Origin: Candidatus Pacearchaeota archaeon
Lineage (GTDB): Archaea; Nanobdellota; Nanobdellia; Pacearchaeales; GW2011-AR1
Length of the DNA stretch: 64,000 bases
Reading direction: 5' to 3'
NCBI GenBank assembly: GCA_026414385.1
Contig: JAOAJC010000001.1
Location: forward strand, 2,384-66,383
Shown here: positions 29,102 through 38,668 of the stretch, in pieces
Numbering within the stretch: position 1 is the first letter of the stretch
How the letters are laid out: every line of letters begins with the position of its first letter
Translations under genes and position numbers: made by a program
Notes under the pieces: generated by a model
The model's database searches: none
What the model saw: only the letters and a program-made list of their open reading frames with translations
Told to the model about the DNA's origin: nothing

Positions 29102-30625
29102 ATGGTTCAAAAGATAAATTTAAATCCTGCAATTCCAAAGCTTCAAAAATTTGAAGATAAAAAAAAGATAGATGTTAGATATGCCCTTATTTCCCCATAT
29201 GCATTCGCGCATATCTATTGGAGAGAGGACATAGGCGAGGTAGTTTATGAGATTGAAGAACCGGTATTAAATGAAAAGGAAAGAGCTTCTCTTGAAAAAT
29301 TAGAAAATGCAATGCTTGAACTGATAAACATAAATGTGGCTGTTGAAAAAACATTGGAAGCGACAACAGAATATATTGATAAAACAGCAAAATTACTTAT
29401 TGCAGAACTTAATTTAAATATTAGTGATGAAACTTACGAAAAATTGTTTTATTATTTGTTTAGAAACTTTATAGGGCTAAATGAGATTGAACCATTATTG
29501 AGAGATTATTATATTGAAGATATTGAGTGTAACGGGGTGAATACCCCGGTTTATGTCGTGCATAGGGTTTTTAGAAATTTAAGAACAAATTTGACTTTTA
29601 AAGACATGGATAAAGCAGCGAGCTTTGTAGAGAAGCTTGCGCAGAGATGCGGAAGATATATTTCTTATGCACAACCATTGCTCGATGGAACATTGCCTGA
29701 TGGTTCAAGAGTAAATGCAACATATACAAAAGAGATAACTTCAAAAGGGCCAACATTTACAATAAGAAAATTTACGAAAATACCTTGGACTCCAACGCAA
29801 TTAATAGCATTTAATACGATGAGTGCTGAAATGGCTGCGTATTTTTGGATTCTTATCCAATATAAATCGAGTATTGTTGTTGCGGGAGGAACTGGTTCGG
29901 GAAAAACTACTTTCTTAAATGCGATGGCTTTTTTTATTCCGCCAGAGGCAAGAGTAGTCAGCATAGAAGATACGAGAGAAATAAACTTACCAAGAGAAAA
30001 TTGGTTACCTTCTGTTGCGAGGCCATCAATTGGGGTTGGAAAGGTTGGCGAAATTGATTTGTTTGAATTATTAAAAAGTTCATTTAGACAAAATCCAGAT
30101 TATATTATTGTGGGAGAAGTGAGGGGGAAAGAAGCATTTGTGCTTTTTCAAGGAATGGCTTCTGGACATGCTTCTTTGAGTACAATGCACGCAGATTCTG
30201 TTGAAACAATGGTTAGAAGATTAGAAACTCCGCCAATAGAACTCTCTCCAACATTAGTAAATACACTTGATTGTGTTGCTGTTGCTGCGAAAGCATTGAT
30301 AGGGCAGCAAGAGTCAAGAAAAATAAGAGAAGTTTCTGAAATTGTTGAAGTTAATAAAGATGGCAGTGTTATAATAAATACCCCTTTAATTTGGGATCCG
30401 AAAACAGACAAATTTCTTTTTAGAAAAGAGAGCAAAGTATTTGAAAAAATAGCAGGAAGATTTGGAATGACTATTGATAATTTGTACAAAGAATTCACGA
30501 TAAGAACAAAATTACTTTACGAATTAGCAAGAAGAAAAGTGTTTGGATTTGAAGAGATACAAAGAATAATAAACGATTATTATAAAAATCCTGCAGAAGT
30601 GTTAAGTAGATATGGAATAGGTTAA
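29102..30625 (+). CDS. Type IV pilus/secretion assembly ATPase (FlaI/TadA/PilB family)
   Basis: Walker A VAGGTGSGKTTFLNAM, Asp box, Walker B DYIIVGEVRGKEA, and His box GHASLSTMHADS. Confidence 0.85.
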   Translation: MVQKINLNPAIPKLQKFEDKKKIDVRYALISPYAFAHIYWREDIGEVVYEIEEPVLNEKERASLEKLENAMLELININVAVEKTLEATTEYIDKTAKLLIAELNLNISDETYEKLFYYLFRNFIGLNEIEPLLRDYYIEDIECNGVNTPVYVVHRVFRNLRTNLTFKDMDKAASFVEKLAQRCGRYISYAQPLLDGTLPDGSRVNATYTKEITSKGPTFTIRKFTKIPWTPTQLIAFNTMSAEMAAYFWILIQYKSSIVVAGGTGSGKTTFLNAMAFFIPPEARVVSIEDTREINLPRENWLPSVARPSIGVGKVGEIDLFELLKSSFRQNPDYIIVGEVRGKEAFVLFQGMASGHASLSTMHADSVETMVRRLETPPIELSPTLVNTLDCVAVAAKALIGQQESRKIREVSEIVEVNKDGSVIINTPLIWDPKTDKFLFRKESKVFEKIAGRFGMTIDNLYKEFTIRTKLLYELARRKVFGFEEIQRIINDYYKNPAEVLSRYGIG

Positions 30626-30687
30626 AATGTGAAAATTTCTTAAGCCATATTGATTAAATTTAATAAGATTGAAAAATAAATATAATT

Positions 30688-30849
30688 ATGAAAAAAGAGG
30701 ACATTAATTTAATTGCCAGAGTATTGACGGACATGAAAGATTCTTTAACTGAAATTGAAAATGCGTTGAAAAATAAAGACATTGGAAAATTAAATGAAGC
30801 AAAATCAAAGATTTTGAGGTTGCAAATAGAGATAGATAAAAGAATATGA
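30688..30849 (+). CDS. Small coiled-coil ORF (53 aa) between the ATPase and the membrane platform gene
   Basis: MKKEDINLIARVLTDMKDSLTEIENALKNKDIGKLNEAKSKILRLQIEIDKRI, with a stop codon overlapping the next ATG (ATGA). Below the ORF-track size cutoff. Confidence 0.3.
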   Translation: MKKEDINLIARVLTDMKDSLTEIENALKNKDIGKLNEAKSKILRLQIEIDKRI

Positions 30850-32138
30850 TAACCCAAATAGAACAACTAAAAAAGAACATAGATGGTGAAATAAAGATAT
30901 TAGGAGAGATTTCTAATTTATTTGTTAGGTTTGAAAATAGCACTGGAGAAGAAAGAAGAATAATTCTTAGTACAATTGATTCACTATCTAAAAATATGAA
31001 GATGATAAACCGAGCGATTCCAAAAATTCTTGAGAGTATTGTCATTGAGGAAAGAAAAGAAAAGAAAGAAGACAAACTTGAGAGAATAGAAGAAGGAATT
31101 GCGGAGGGGGTTGTTTTGAAACTAGAGGACAAGGAAAAATTCTTAACAGAATTAAACATAAATGAAGAGTTTATTAAAAAATTAAAGAAAAAGAAAAGTG
31201 AGGGTGAAGAAAAATATGAAGAATTCAAAAAAGCAAGAGGTTATTTGAAACTTGCAAATAGGTTTTTTTTAGAAAGTTCTATTAGTATGGTAAAGAAAGG
31301 ATATTTCAGTGATTTATACAATGATTTAAAAAAATCAAATTTAAACATTCTTCTTGAAGGATATGTTGCGATGATGCTTTTAACAAGCGTTATTGCGTTT
31401 TGTTTGGGGGTTTTTTTGTTTGTTTTTTTTATGTTATTTGATATTAGTTTTTCGATGCCTTTAATAAGTGCCTATAAAGGCGGGTTTTTTCCGAGATTTT
31501 CAAAAATAATATGGCTACCTTTAATTATGCCATTGATAACTTTTATAGCACTCTATATTTACCCATCAACAGAGGCAAAATCAATTGAAAAAAATATAAA
31601 CGAAGAATTACCATTTGCTGTGGTGCATATGAGTTCTATATCAGGTTCTGGGATAGCGCCTGTGGAAATTTTCAAAATTATTGGGAATAGCAAAGATTAC
31701 CCATATCTAAAAAGAGAGTTAAGAAAAGTGTTAAACCAAATCAACATATATGGATATGATTTAGTTAGCGCATTAAATAATGTCTCAAAAAGTACACCAA
31801 GTGCAAAATTAAGTGCCTTGATGGCTGGATTATCAACTACAATAAATACTGGTGGAAATTTGAGCGATTTTTTTCAGAAAAGAGCTGATTCATTGCTATT
31901 AGAGTACAAGTTAGATAAGGAAAAATTCATAAAAGTTGCAGAGACATTTATGGACATTTACATAAGCGTCGTAATTGCTGCACCAATGATAATTATGTTG
32001 TTGTTAATAATGATATCAATATCGGGATTACAAACAGGATTCTCGCCATATCAATTAACATTCATCACAATAGCAGGAGTAGCTTTTGTTAATATTATAT
32101 TTTTAGCATTTTTACAAACAAAGAAAGGAATTGCATAA
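30846..32138 (+). CDS. Pilus assembly membrane protein, FlaJ/TadC-like, N-terminal half (T2SS-F domain)
   Basis: Cytoplasmic coiled-coil N-terminus, then TM helices and a T2SSF-like domain (ELPFAVVHMSSISGSGIAPVEIFKIIG...LSALMAGLSTTINTGGNLSDFF). Confidence 0.7.
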   Translation: MITQIEQLKKNIDGEIKILGEISNLFVRFENSTGEERRIILSTIDSLSKNMKMINRAIPKILESIVIEERKEKKEDKLERIEEGIAEGVVLKLEDKEKFLTELNINEEFIKKLKKKKSEGEEKYEEFKKARGYLKLANRFFLESSISMVKKGYFSDLYNDLKKSNLNILLEGYVAMMLLTSVIAFCLGVFLFVFFMLFDISFSMPLISAYKGGFFPRFSKIIWLPLIMPLITFIALYIYPSTEAKSIEKNINEELPFAVVHMSSISGSGIAPVEIFKIIGNSKDYPYLKRELRKVLNQINIYGYDLVSALNNVSKSTPSAKLSALMAGLSTTINTGGNLSDFFQKRADSLLLEYKLDKEKFIKVAETFMDIYISVVIAAPMIIMLLLIMISISGLQTGFSPYQLTFITIAGVAFVNIIFLAFLQTKKGIA

Positions 32139-32986
32139 TGAAAATAAATAGAACAAAATTGCTTGGAATTATAGCAGGAATAATTGTGATAGTTGTTGAT
32201 TTAATATTTTTCTTTGGTGAAAAAGCATTTATGTTTATCATCGGCATAGCAATTGTTGTAGCATTAACACCTTTTATAATTGAAATAGTAAGGGAGGGAA
32301 AAAGGGCAGAGGATATCGAAGAGAAATTTCTTGAATTTTCAAGAAATCTTGCAGAAAGCGTAATGACTGGAACTCCGATAAGTAAAAGTATTGTGAATAT
32401 ATCAAAAAAGAATTATGGTGCTTTGACTCCCCACGTGCAGAAATTATCAAATCAAATTCAATTAGGAATACCATTAAGTAAGGCATTGCAAATATTTGCA
32501 AATGATATTGATAATGTTGTTATAACTAGAGCAATAGCACTAATAAGTGAGGCTGAAAAAGCTGGTGGAGAAATTGATTATATTCTCGATTCTGTTGCTA
32601 AATCAATTGCAGAAACAGAAAAACTAAAAAAAGAAAGAAAATCTGCAATATTTAATCTTGTAATGCAAGGATATATTATATTCTTTATATTTATAGGAAT
32701 AATGCTCGTAATGGAGTTTAAAATATTGCCACTTGCGACAGGAATTGGTGGGGGGGGCATTTCTGGAGTAGAAATTGGTGGAATGATACCTGTTGGAGGA
32801 CAAACAATGAATCCTGAAGAGATATCAAATTTATTCTTATACTTGCTTTTAACACAAGGATTTTTTGCAGGATTGACTATTGGAAAATTGAGCGAGGGTT
32901 CTATAAAAGCTGGGATTAAACACTCGTTTATACTTGTTATTGCAGCATTTTTAATATCAACGGGAGTAAGAGCTTTGTTTGTTTAA
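32138..32986 (+). CDS. Pilus assembly membrane protein, FlaJ/TadC-like, C-terminal half (second T2SS-F domain)
   Basis: TAATG overlap with the upstream half. TM, then T2SSF-like IEEKFLEFSRNLAESVMTGTPISKSI...LISEAEKAGGEIDYILDSVA, then TMs. Confidence 0.65.
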   Translation: MKINRTKLLGIIAGIIVIVVDLIFFFGEKAFMFIIGIAIVVALTPFIIEIVREGKRAEDIEEKFLEFSRNLAESVMTGTPISKSIVNISKKNYGALTPHVQKLSNQIQLGIPLSKALQIFANDIDNVVITRAIALISEAEKAGGEIDYILDSVAKSIAETEKLKKERKSAIFNLVMQGYIIFFIFIGIMLVMEFKILPLATGIGGGGISGVEIGGMIPVGGQTMNPEEISNLFLYLLLTQGFFAGLTIGKLSEGSIKAGIKHSFILVIAAFLISTGVRALFV

Positions 32987-33046
32987 AAACATAATTGAAC
33001 TTTGTTATAAAGCAAATTTAATAAACTAAAAAAAATTAAGAAAGAT

Positions 33047-33745
33047 ATGAAAAAGAGAGGGGCGAGCAATATAGAGTTTATACTTGCATTTGTATTGTTT
33101 GTCGGATTTGTAGCAACGATTTTTTATTTTTTTAATCCTATTAGAAATGTTAATTATATGGAATCATCTTTAAACTATGTTATTGGAGCGATAGAGAAAA
33201 ATGTAACTAGTGAGATTGATGAAGTTGGGATATTAATTAAAGGTTCAAGTTCGGGGGGCAATATTGCAAAGGTTAAGATAAAAGACATTTCAAATGATAA
33301 AAAAGTTGATGCAAGAGATTATTATGGATTTCGATTTGATGCAAAAAGAAATGGTGAAGAAGTTTATATTGATTTAAAAAATAGAGGAACAAATAACAAT
33401 TTTATAATATTTAGGTTTAATGAGGAATTTAATGAGGAAACAATTTCTAGTGGCCAAGAAAGAGAATATACAATATCAACAAAAGATTCAAGAAAAATTG
33501 TTTCTGAAAAAAAAATAAAGCAATTAAGCGAGAGATACGCAAATAATTATTTAAAATTGAAAGAAGAACTAAAAATTCCTGCGAACATTGATTTTTCATT
33601 TTCGTTAGAATTGCAAGACAGAAAAATAGAAGTAACAAAAGATATTCCTGCAAGAGCAGAAGTATTTGCAAAGGGAAAATTAATTGAAGTATTAAAAGAA
33701 AATGAGGTGACTGAAACCGGATATTTAACAATAAGAATATGGTAA
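33047..33745 (+). CDS. Pilin-like/minor pilin protein (class III signal, Glu+5)
   Basis: MKKRGASNIEFILAFVLFVGFVATIFYFF. If cleaved after RG, Glu is at +5. Confidence 0.5.
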   Translation: MKKRGASNIEFILAFVLFVGFVATIFYFFNPIRNVNYMESSLNYVIGAIEKNVTSEIDEVGILIKGSSSGGNIAKVKIKDISNDKKVDARDYYGFRFDAKRNGEEVYIDLKNRGTNNNFIIFRFNEEFNEETISSGQEREYTISTKDSRKIVSEKKIKQLSERYANNYLKLKEELKIPANIDFSFSLELQDRKIEVTKDIPARAEVFAKGKLIEVLKENEVTETGYLTIRIW

Positions 33746-34167
33746 ATAAAAAAGGAATAGTTAGAATAATTGAAGCCAGTGTTGCAATATTAATTATATT
33801 GTCTGTAGTATTAGTGGTTTCTGAAAGAAAAAAATTGCAAATTGAGAGCGATTTAAGTGAGAGAATAACTCCATTGTTAGAAGAAATAGCAAAAAATGGG
33901 AGTATGAGAGAAGCGATAATAAGAGATAATGAAACGAATAATGATGCTGAAAATCTTGTTATGGATTTTTTGAAACAAAGAATAAAAGAGACATTTATAG
34001 GTTATAATGTAACAATATGTAACTATACTCTTGTTTGTGGATTAAGAACATATCCAACAGAAGCAAAAGGCAACATTTATTCTGGAGAGAGAGTGATTAG
34101 CACAACATTAGAAAATAGACAGTTCAATCCAAAAAAAATAAAGATTTTCTTATGGATTAAAAGATAA
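33739..34167 (+). CDS. Pilin-like protein (class III signal)
   Basis: MVNKKGIVRIIEASVAILIILSVVLVV. Confidence 0.45.
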   Translation: MVNKKGIVRIIEASVAILIILSVVLVVSERKKLQIESDLSERITPLLEEIAKNGSMREAIIRDNETNNDAENLVMDFLKQRIKETFIGYNVTICNYTLVCGLRTYPTEAKGNIYSGERVISTTLENRQFNPKKIKIFLWIKR

Positions 34168-34299
34168 AACTGGTTTGCAATAGATTAAATTAAAAAATTT
34201 TGCATAAAATAGAATAACTTAAATCTTATGTTTGGGCGCGCATTTGTATAGATTAAGGAGTACAGGTAATTTTATAAACTCCATTTCTTTAAAAAAGAT

Positions 34300-35907
34300 A
34301 TGAAAAGAGAGGTTTTTTTTATCGGATTTGTAATATTTATAATAACGTTTGCAAGCGCTATTTGCAATGATGAGAATCAGGTTATTTTAAGATTATACAG
34401 AGAGAATAACTCTCATGCGGCAATATGGTCAAATACAACTTATAGCGAAAAAGTGTGTTTTAATGATATTTTTGGACTAAATTATTCAGGAACAAATCCA
34501 CACGATTGTAATAGTGATAATAGTAATGTTGTTTTAAAGCTAAATCAAGAGTTTAATGCGCATGCTGCACTGCCAACTCTTCCAGATAGTGTTGTTGGAT
34601 TCCCAATAAAAGTTTGTTATAAGGGAGTAAAAAAATGTGAATTGTTTGATAATGATAATTGCAGAGCAAATCAGAAAGCAATTCTTTATTTTAATAGCGT
34701 GATTAACTCTCATCTTTCAAAAAATTATGGAGGGGATTTTACAAAAACATTGTGTTGTTATAGATATGATGCGATAATTCATCCGGAATGGTGTTTTGCA
34801 AATAACATTAGCAGTTGTGATAGATATAATAGTCAAACTAATTGCACTCAAGATTTATGTAATGCCTCATTAGTAGATCCAAATTGTCCTCTCGGAGCAA
34901 CTTGTAATTGTGCTTGGGAAAATAATCAATGCAAATTAAAAGTAATAACCACTCCTCCAGCCCCGCCATTTTGTTCTACTATAAATTCATGTGGAGATTA
35001 TAAAGAACAAAGTAAATGTTCTGAAGATATGTGTAACGTTTCTGGGACAGGATATAAGTGTGAGTGGAATATCGCAGATGGAAAGTGTGAGAAAGTTCAA
35101 ATCCCTGGATGGTGTTCTGTAATTAGTAGTTGTAGTAATTATACAACGCAAGCAAATTGTAGCGCGAATCCTTGTTTGGAGGGAAAAGCATGTTATTGGA
35201 ATAATAGTGTTTGTAAAGATTATAAAGCAGATGATAAATGTAGAATAAATAATATAACGAAATGTGCAAATTATGTGGACAAAGATCCGTGTAATGATGA
35301 TGCTTGTAATGTATCTATAATTGGTTGTTCTCCTAATCAGTTATGTTGGTGTGCTTGGGAAAATAATAAGTGTGAGAAAAGAGAAAAAGATAGAGAAGAA
35401 AAAAGAGATTTTTGCGATTATATAGATTCTTGTAGTGATTATGATACTTCAAATAAGTGCGAAAATGATAATTGTGGAATTGCAGATTATGATGAGAATT
35501 GTCCTATTGGTAGAGATTGTTCGTGTAAGTGGATAAGTAATGTTGGTTGTGGAGTATCATTTGAGAGTGGGGGAGGGAGTGGTGGCAGGATGCCTCCTGG
35601 TTCAGGTGGGTGGGGCAATCCAGGTTGCAAATATAATTGTACAATTAATACAAAACAAGGAGAGTGTAAAGAAGGATTTATGGATGTGATAGTAAATGCA
35701 GAAACTAGGATAATACAAGGATGTACAGGAGCAACAGGAAGTCCACTAGATTGTCAAACTAAAACAATAAAGGGAGTTCCGTGTGCATTAGCAGAAACAG
35801 AATTGCCTTTTTTTGAATTTTGGCAAATCCTCATTTCTATTGTGGGGATTGTATTTGTCTATTTGTTTTTATTAAAAAATTGGGAAAAAATAAAAAAGCA
35901 TATATAA
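34300..35907 (+). CDS. Secreted Cys-rich repeat protein (five ~40-aa C-x-x-Y/x-x-x-x-C-x-x-D-x-C-N-x-S...C-x-W-x-N-x-x-C modules) with C-terminal TM anchor
   Basis: Signal peptide. Repeats CDRYNSQTNCTQDLCNAS...CNCAWENNQCKLK, CGDYKEQSKCSEDMCNVS...CEWNIADGKCEKV, CSNYTTQANCSANPC...CYWNNSVCKDY, CANYVDKDPCNDDACNVS...CWCAWENNKCEKR, CSDYDTSNKCENDNCG...CSCKWISNVGCG. Many N-x-S/T sequons. Gly-rich linker and TM at the end. Confidence 0.6.
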   Translation: MKREVFFIGFVIFIITFASAICNDENQVILRLYRENNSHAAIWSNTTYSEKVCFNDIFGLNYSGTNPHDCNSDNSNVVLKLNQEFNAHAALPTLPDSVVGFPIKVCYKGVKKCELFDNDNCRANQKAILYFNSVINSHLSKNYGGDFTKTLCCYRYDAIIHPEWCFANNISSCDRYNSQTNCTQDLCNASLVDPNCPLGATCNCAWENNQCKLKVITTPPAPPFCSTINSCGDYKEQSKCSEDMCNVSGTGYKCEWNIADGKCEKVQIPGWCSVISSCSNYTTQANCSANPCLEGKACYWNNSVCKDYKADDKCRINNITKCANYVDKDPCNDDACNVSIIGCSPNQLCWCAWENNKCEKREKDREEKRDFCDYIDSCSDYDTSNKCENDNCGIADYDENCPIGRDCSCKWISNVGCGVSFESGGGSGGRMPPGSGGWGNPGCKYNCTINTKQGECKEGFMDVIVNAETRIIQGCTGATGSPLDCQTKTIKGVPCALAETELPFFEFWQILISIVGIVFVYLFLLKNWEKIKKHI

Positions 35908-35949
35908 AGGAATCAGTAATTTTTTAAACATAATTTTATTAATAAAATA

Positions 35950-38649
35950 ATGAATAAAAAAAGAGTGAGCGTTGTTTTTTGTTTTATATTCTTATTAGTT
36001 ATTATTAGTTTTGTTTCTGCATCTTTTAGTTTTAAAAATGAAAATTTGCAAAGAACATATGTTGGTGGAGAGATGATTAAGGGATTTATAAACATAAGTT
36101 TCTCAAATGAGAATGCACATAGTTTATTAACTAGTAATTTTAATGGAACAATAACATTAATTGAATTATTGAAAAAAAATAACTTTATCGAAAATAATGA
36201 TTACATATGTTCTAGAAAAAAATGCGAAATTGATTATAAAGCAGACGAAGAAATAAACAGTTTAAATTTAAATGATGATGATAGTAAAATAATTGGCTTT
36301 AAATTAACTGGAAATAATGTAGAAATAAGTTCGTTAAAATTATCTTTGGCAACAAATGCAGATGCTTCGTGCGAGAGAGAAATTTTGATAGATGTTCTTG
36401 ATAGAAACGAGAGTTTTATACAGAGCACAAAAAAAACAAAGGATATTTGTGAAGAAGAGTATTTTGGTTGTTTTGACGAAAACGAAGATACAAGTTATGT
36501 AATTATATCAGAATCAGGATATTGTGAAAAGATTGAATTGCCGCCAGCACCTGCATATATGATAGGAGCAAAAGTAAAAAATGGAACAGCGACAGCAAAA
36601 TTAACAATGAAATTATATGATGGTTCATGGAATGAGTTGGGTGAATGTGAATTACCAAAAAACTCACAAAATATTGAAAAACTGACATGCCAAGTTAATT
36701 ATTCAAATAAAGAAAAGAAAGAATTTATGATTTGCATTTCTTCTTCATCAGAAGACGCAGAATATCAGATAAGGAGTGAAGAATCTAGAGAAACATGCGG
36801 AACGGATAATATGGGTAGCTCTTATAATATTGATTTTGAGATATTTGCAAAAAAAGTTAAATTTGCTCCGATAGGGATATTATCAATAAATGAGACGACT
36901 TTTTCAGAACAAAATGATGGAAATAACTTAAATGATTATATAGATAGTTATATAGAAGAAAAATATGAAAGAAATTGTTCAAATGGGTGCATAATTCCGT
37001 TTAGGATTTATGGGAATAGTCAGACAATTACAAAAGAAAGTGCAACATTAAAATATAGAGAAGGTAGTGGTAGAGTGTTGCGTACGACAGGTGCTATTTA
37101 TTCTATTGAAAAAGAAGATGCAAAAATAACTACAAAAAGAGCATTAAACATAAATATTGAAAAGGCAGGTTTTTTCATACCTCTCTTATCAACAGCAAAA
37201 CAATTATTAATTTATTTGGACAATAAGATGATATTGCCAAAAGCTATTCCGATAAATGTTACAAAAGGATTTGATTTTGATATTTCACCAAAAGAAGTTA
37301 GCATTGGTATAGTAACTTATTTTAATATAATAACAACTGAGAATATAACTTCGTCCAAGTGGAATTTTGGAGATGGAACAATTGAAACATTTGATGGAAA
37401 AGGAGCCGTACATAAATATGTTGGATTACCAATTGGAACAAATGAGTATAGTGTTGAAGTAATCGTAACAAGAAAAGATGGAGTAATATCAAAAAAAATA
37501 TTTAAAATAGGGATTGAGCCATTGTCAGAAAGCGCAAAAACCTTGCTTAATATATCAAATTCAAAAATAACAAAATTAAACTCAAAAATAAACTCTTATC
37601 CTGAGTGGATTGGAGATTTAATAAAAACAAAATTGAATTTTGATAATATGAATTCTGTTATTACGAAAGGAAAAATTGCTATTTTGAATGCTTCAACTAA
37701 TGATGATTATATGGCAATAATAAATCAAATGTTAGGATTAGAAATTCCCGATGAAATAATTTCAAAAGAGATTGGAAAGGATATTAATCCTGTTGTTGGA
37801 TTTGAAAAAATAGAAACGTCTGCCATTGAACAGATATCAAATAAAAAGGTAAGCTCAGATAAAAAAGCAGAACTAAAAGAAGCGATTATTAAATGGATGG
37901 CGAGAAATGCAAACATGAAATTAGAGTATGAAAAGATATTTCAGATAGATGAAAATGGGGAAAAAATTTTACTTAGTAAATTGGTGATAGATGTTAATCC
38001 AAAAGAAAAAGCTTATTTGATAATAAATTATCCACTCAACAGCATAAAATTCAATGGAAATTATTCTGAAAGTGCAATTGGTTCTTTTAGTTATATCCCT
38101 ATAAAAGAACCAAAAATAATAGAATTTGCAATTATGGATAATGTTAATGTTGGGGATTTAGGTATTTATCTATCGCCAACAATTGATAAAGTTTATGTAC
38201 AAGCAGAAGTTGTTAAGGAAGAATTTAATTGGAGTAGATTTATAACGTGGATGATTGTTTTGTTCGTAATTGCTTTTATAATATACATTGTAATGCAAGA
38301 ATGGTACAAAAGATATTACGAAAAATCATTATTTAAAAATAAAGATGACTTGTATAATTTAATTAATTTTATTTATAATGCAAAAAAAGCAGGAATGAAA
38401 GATGAAGAATTAAGAAATAAGTTGAGTGATGCAAAATGGAAAGGCGAACAAATAACATATGCTCTAAGAAAAGCAGAAGGAAAAAGAACTGGGATGTGGG
38501 AAATACCAATATTTAAATATTGGGAACAAATGGAAATAAAAGCAGAGATTGCAAAAAGAGTGGGTGAGCAAAAAACAAGCGCGCAACAACAGTCAAATTC
38601 AAAAATGCATAATATAAAAACTGGGACACAACAAAGTTTATTAAAATAA
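35950..38649 (+). CDS. Large secreted surface protein with a PKD domain and C-terminal TM anchor
   Basis: Signal peptide. PKD motif WNFGDGTIETFDGKGAVHKYVGLPIGTNEYSVEVIVTRKDG. TM FITWMIVLFVIAFIIYIVMQEWY. 899 aa. Confidence 0.6.
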   Translation: MNKKRVSVVFCFIFLLVIISFVSASFSFKNENLQRTYVGGEMIKGFINISFSNENAHSLLTSNFNGTITLIELLKKNNFIENNDYICSRKKCEIDYKADEEINSLNLNDDDSKIIGFKLTGNNVEISSLKLSLATNADASCEREILIDVLDRNESFIQSTKKTKDICEEEYFGCFDENEDTSYVIISESGYCEKIELPPAPAYMIGAKVKNGTATAKLTMKLYDGSWNELGECELPKNSQNIEKLTCQVNYSNKEKKEFMICISSSSEDAEYQIRSEESRETCGTDNMGSSYNIDFEIFAKKVKFAPIGILSINETTFSEQNDGNNLNDYIDSYIEEKYERNCSNGCIIPFRIYGNSQTITKESATLKYREGSGRVLRTTGAIYSIEKEDAKITTKRALNINIEKAGFFIPLLSTAKQLLIYLDNKMILPKAIPINVTKGFDFDISPKEVSIGIVTYFNIITTENITSSKWNFGDGTIETFDGKGAVHKYVGLPIGTNEYSVEVIVTRKDGVISKKIFKIGIEPLSESAKTLLNISNSKITKLNSKINSYPEWIGDLIKTKLNFDNMNSVITKGKIAILNASTNDDYMAIINQMLGLEIPDEIISKEIGKDINPVVGFEKIETSAIEQISNKKVSSDKKAELKEAIIKWMARNANMKLEYEKIFQIDENGEKILLSKLVIDVNPKEKAYLIINYPLNSIKFNGNYSESAIGSFSYIPIKEPKIIEFAIMDNVNVGDLGIYLSPTIDKVYVQAEVVKEEFNWSRFITWMIVLFVIAFIIYIVMQEWYKRYYEKSLFKNKDDLYNLINFIYNAKKAGMKDEELRNKLSDAKWKGEQITYALRKAEGKRTGMWEIPIFKYWEQMEIKAEIAKRVGEQKTSAQQQSNSKMHNIKTGTQQSLLK

Positions 38650-38668
38650 ATAGAATCATTTTAGAAAA

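Noticed and set aside
30704-31228. 174-aa minus-strand ORF (Ser/Phe/Leu-rich)
   Set aside because: Antisense shadow of the FlaJ/TadC-like gene 30846..32138. Low-complexity composition typical of reverse-frame reading of a K/E-rich gene.
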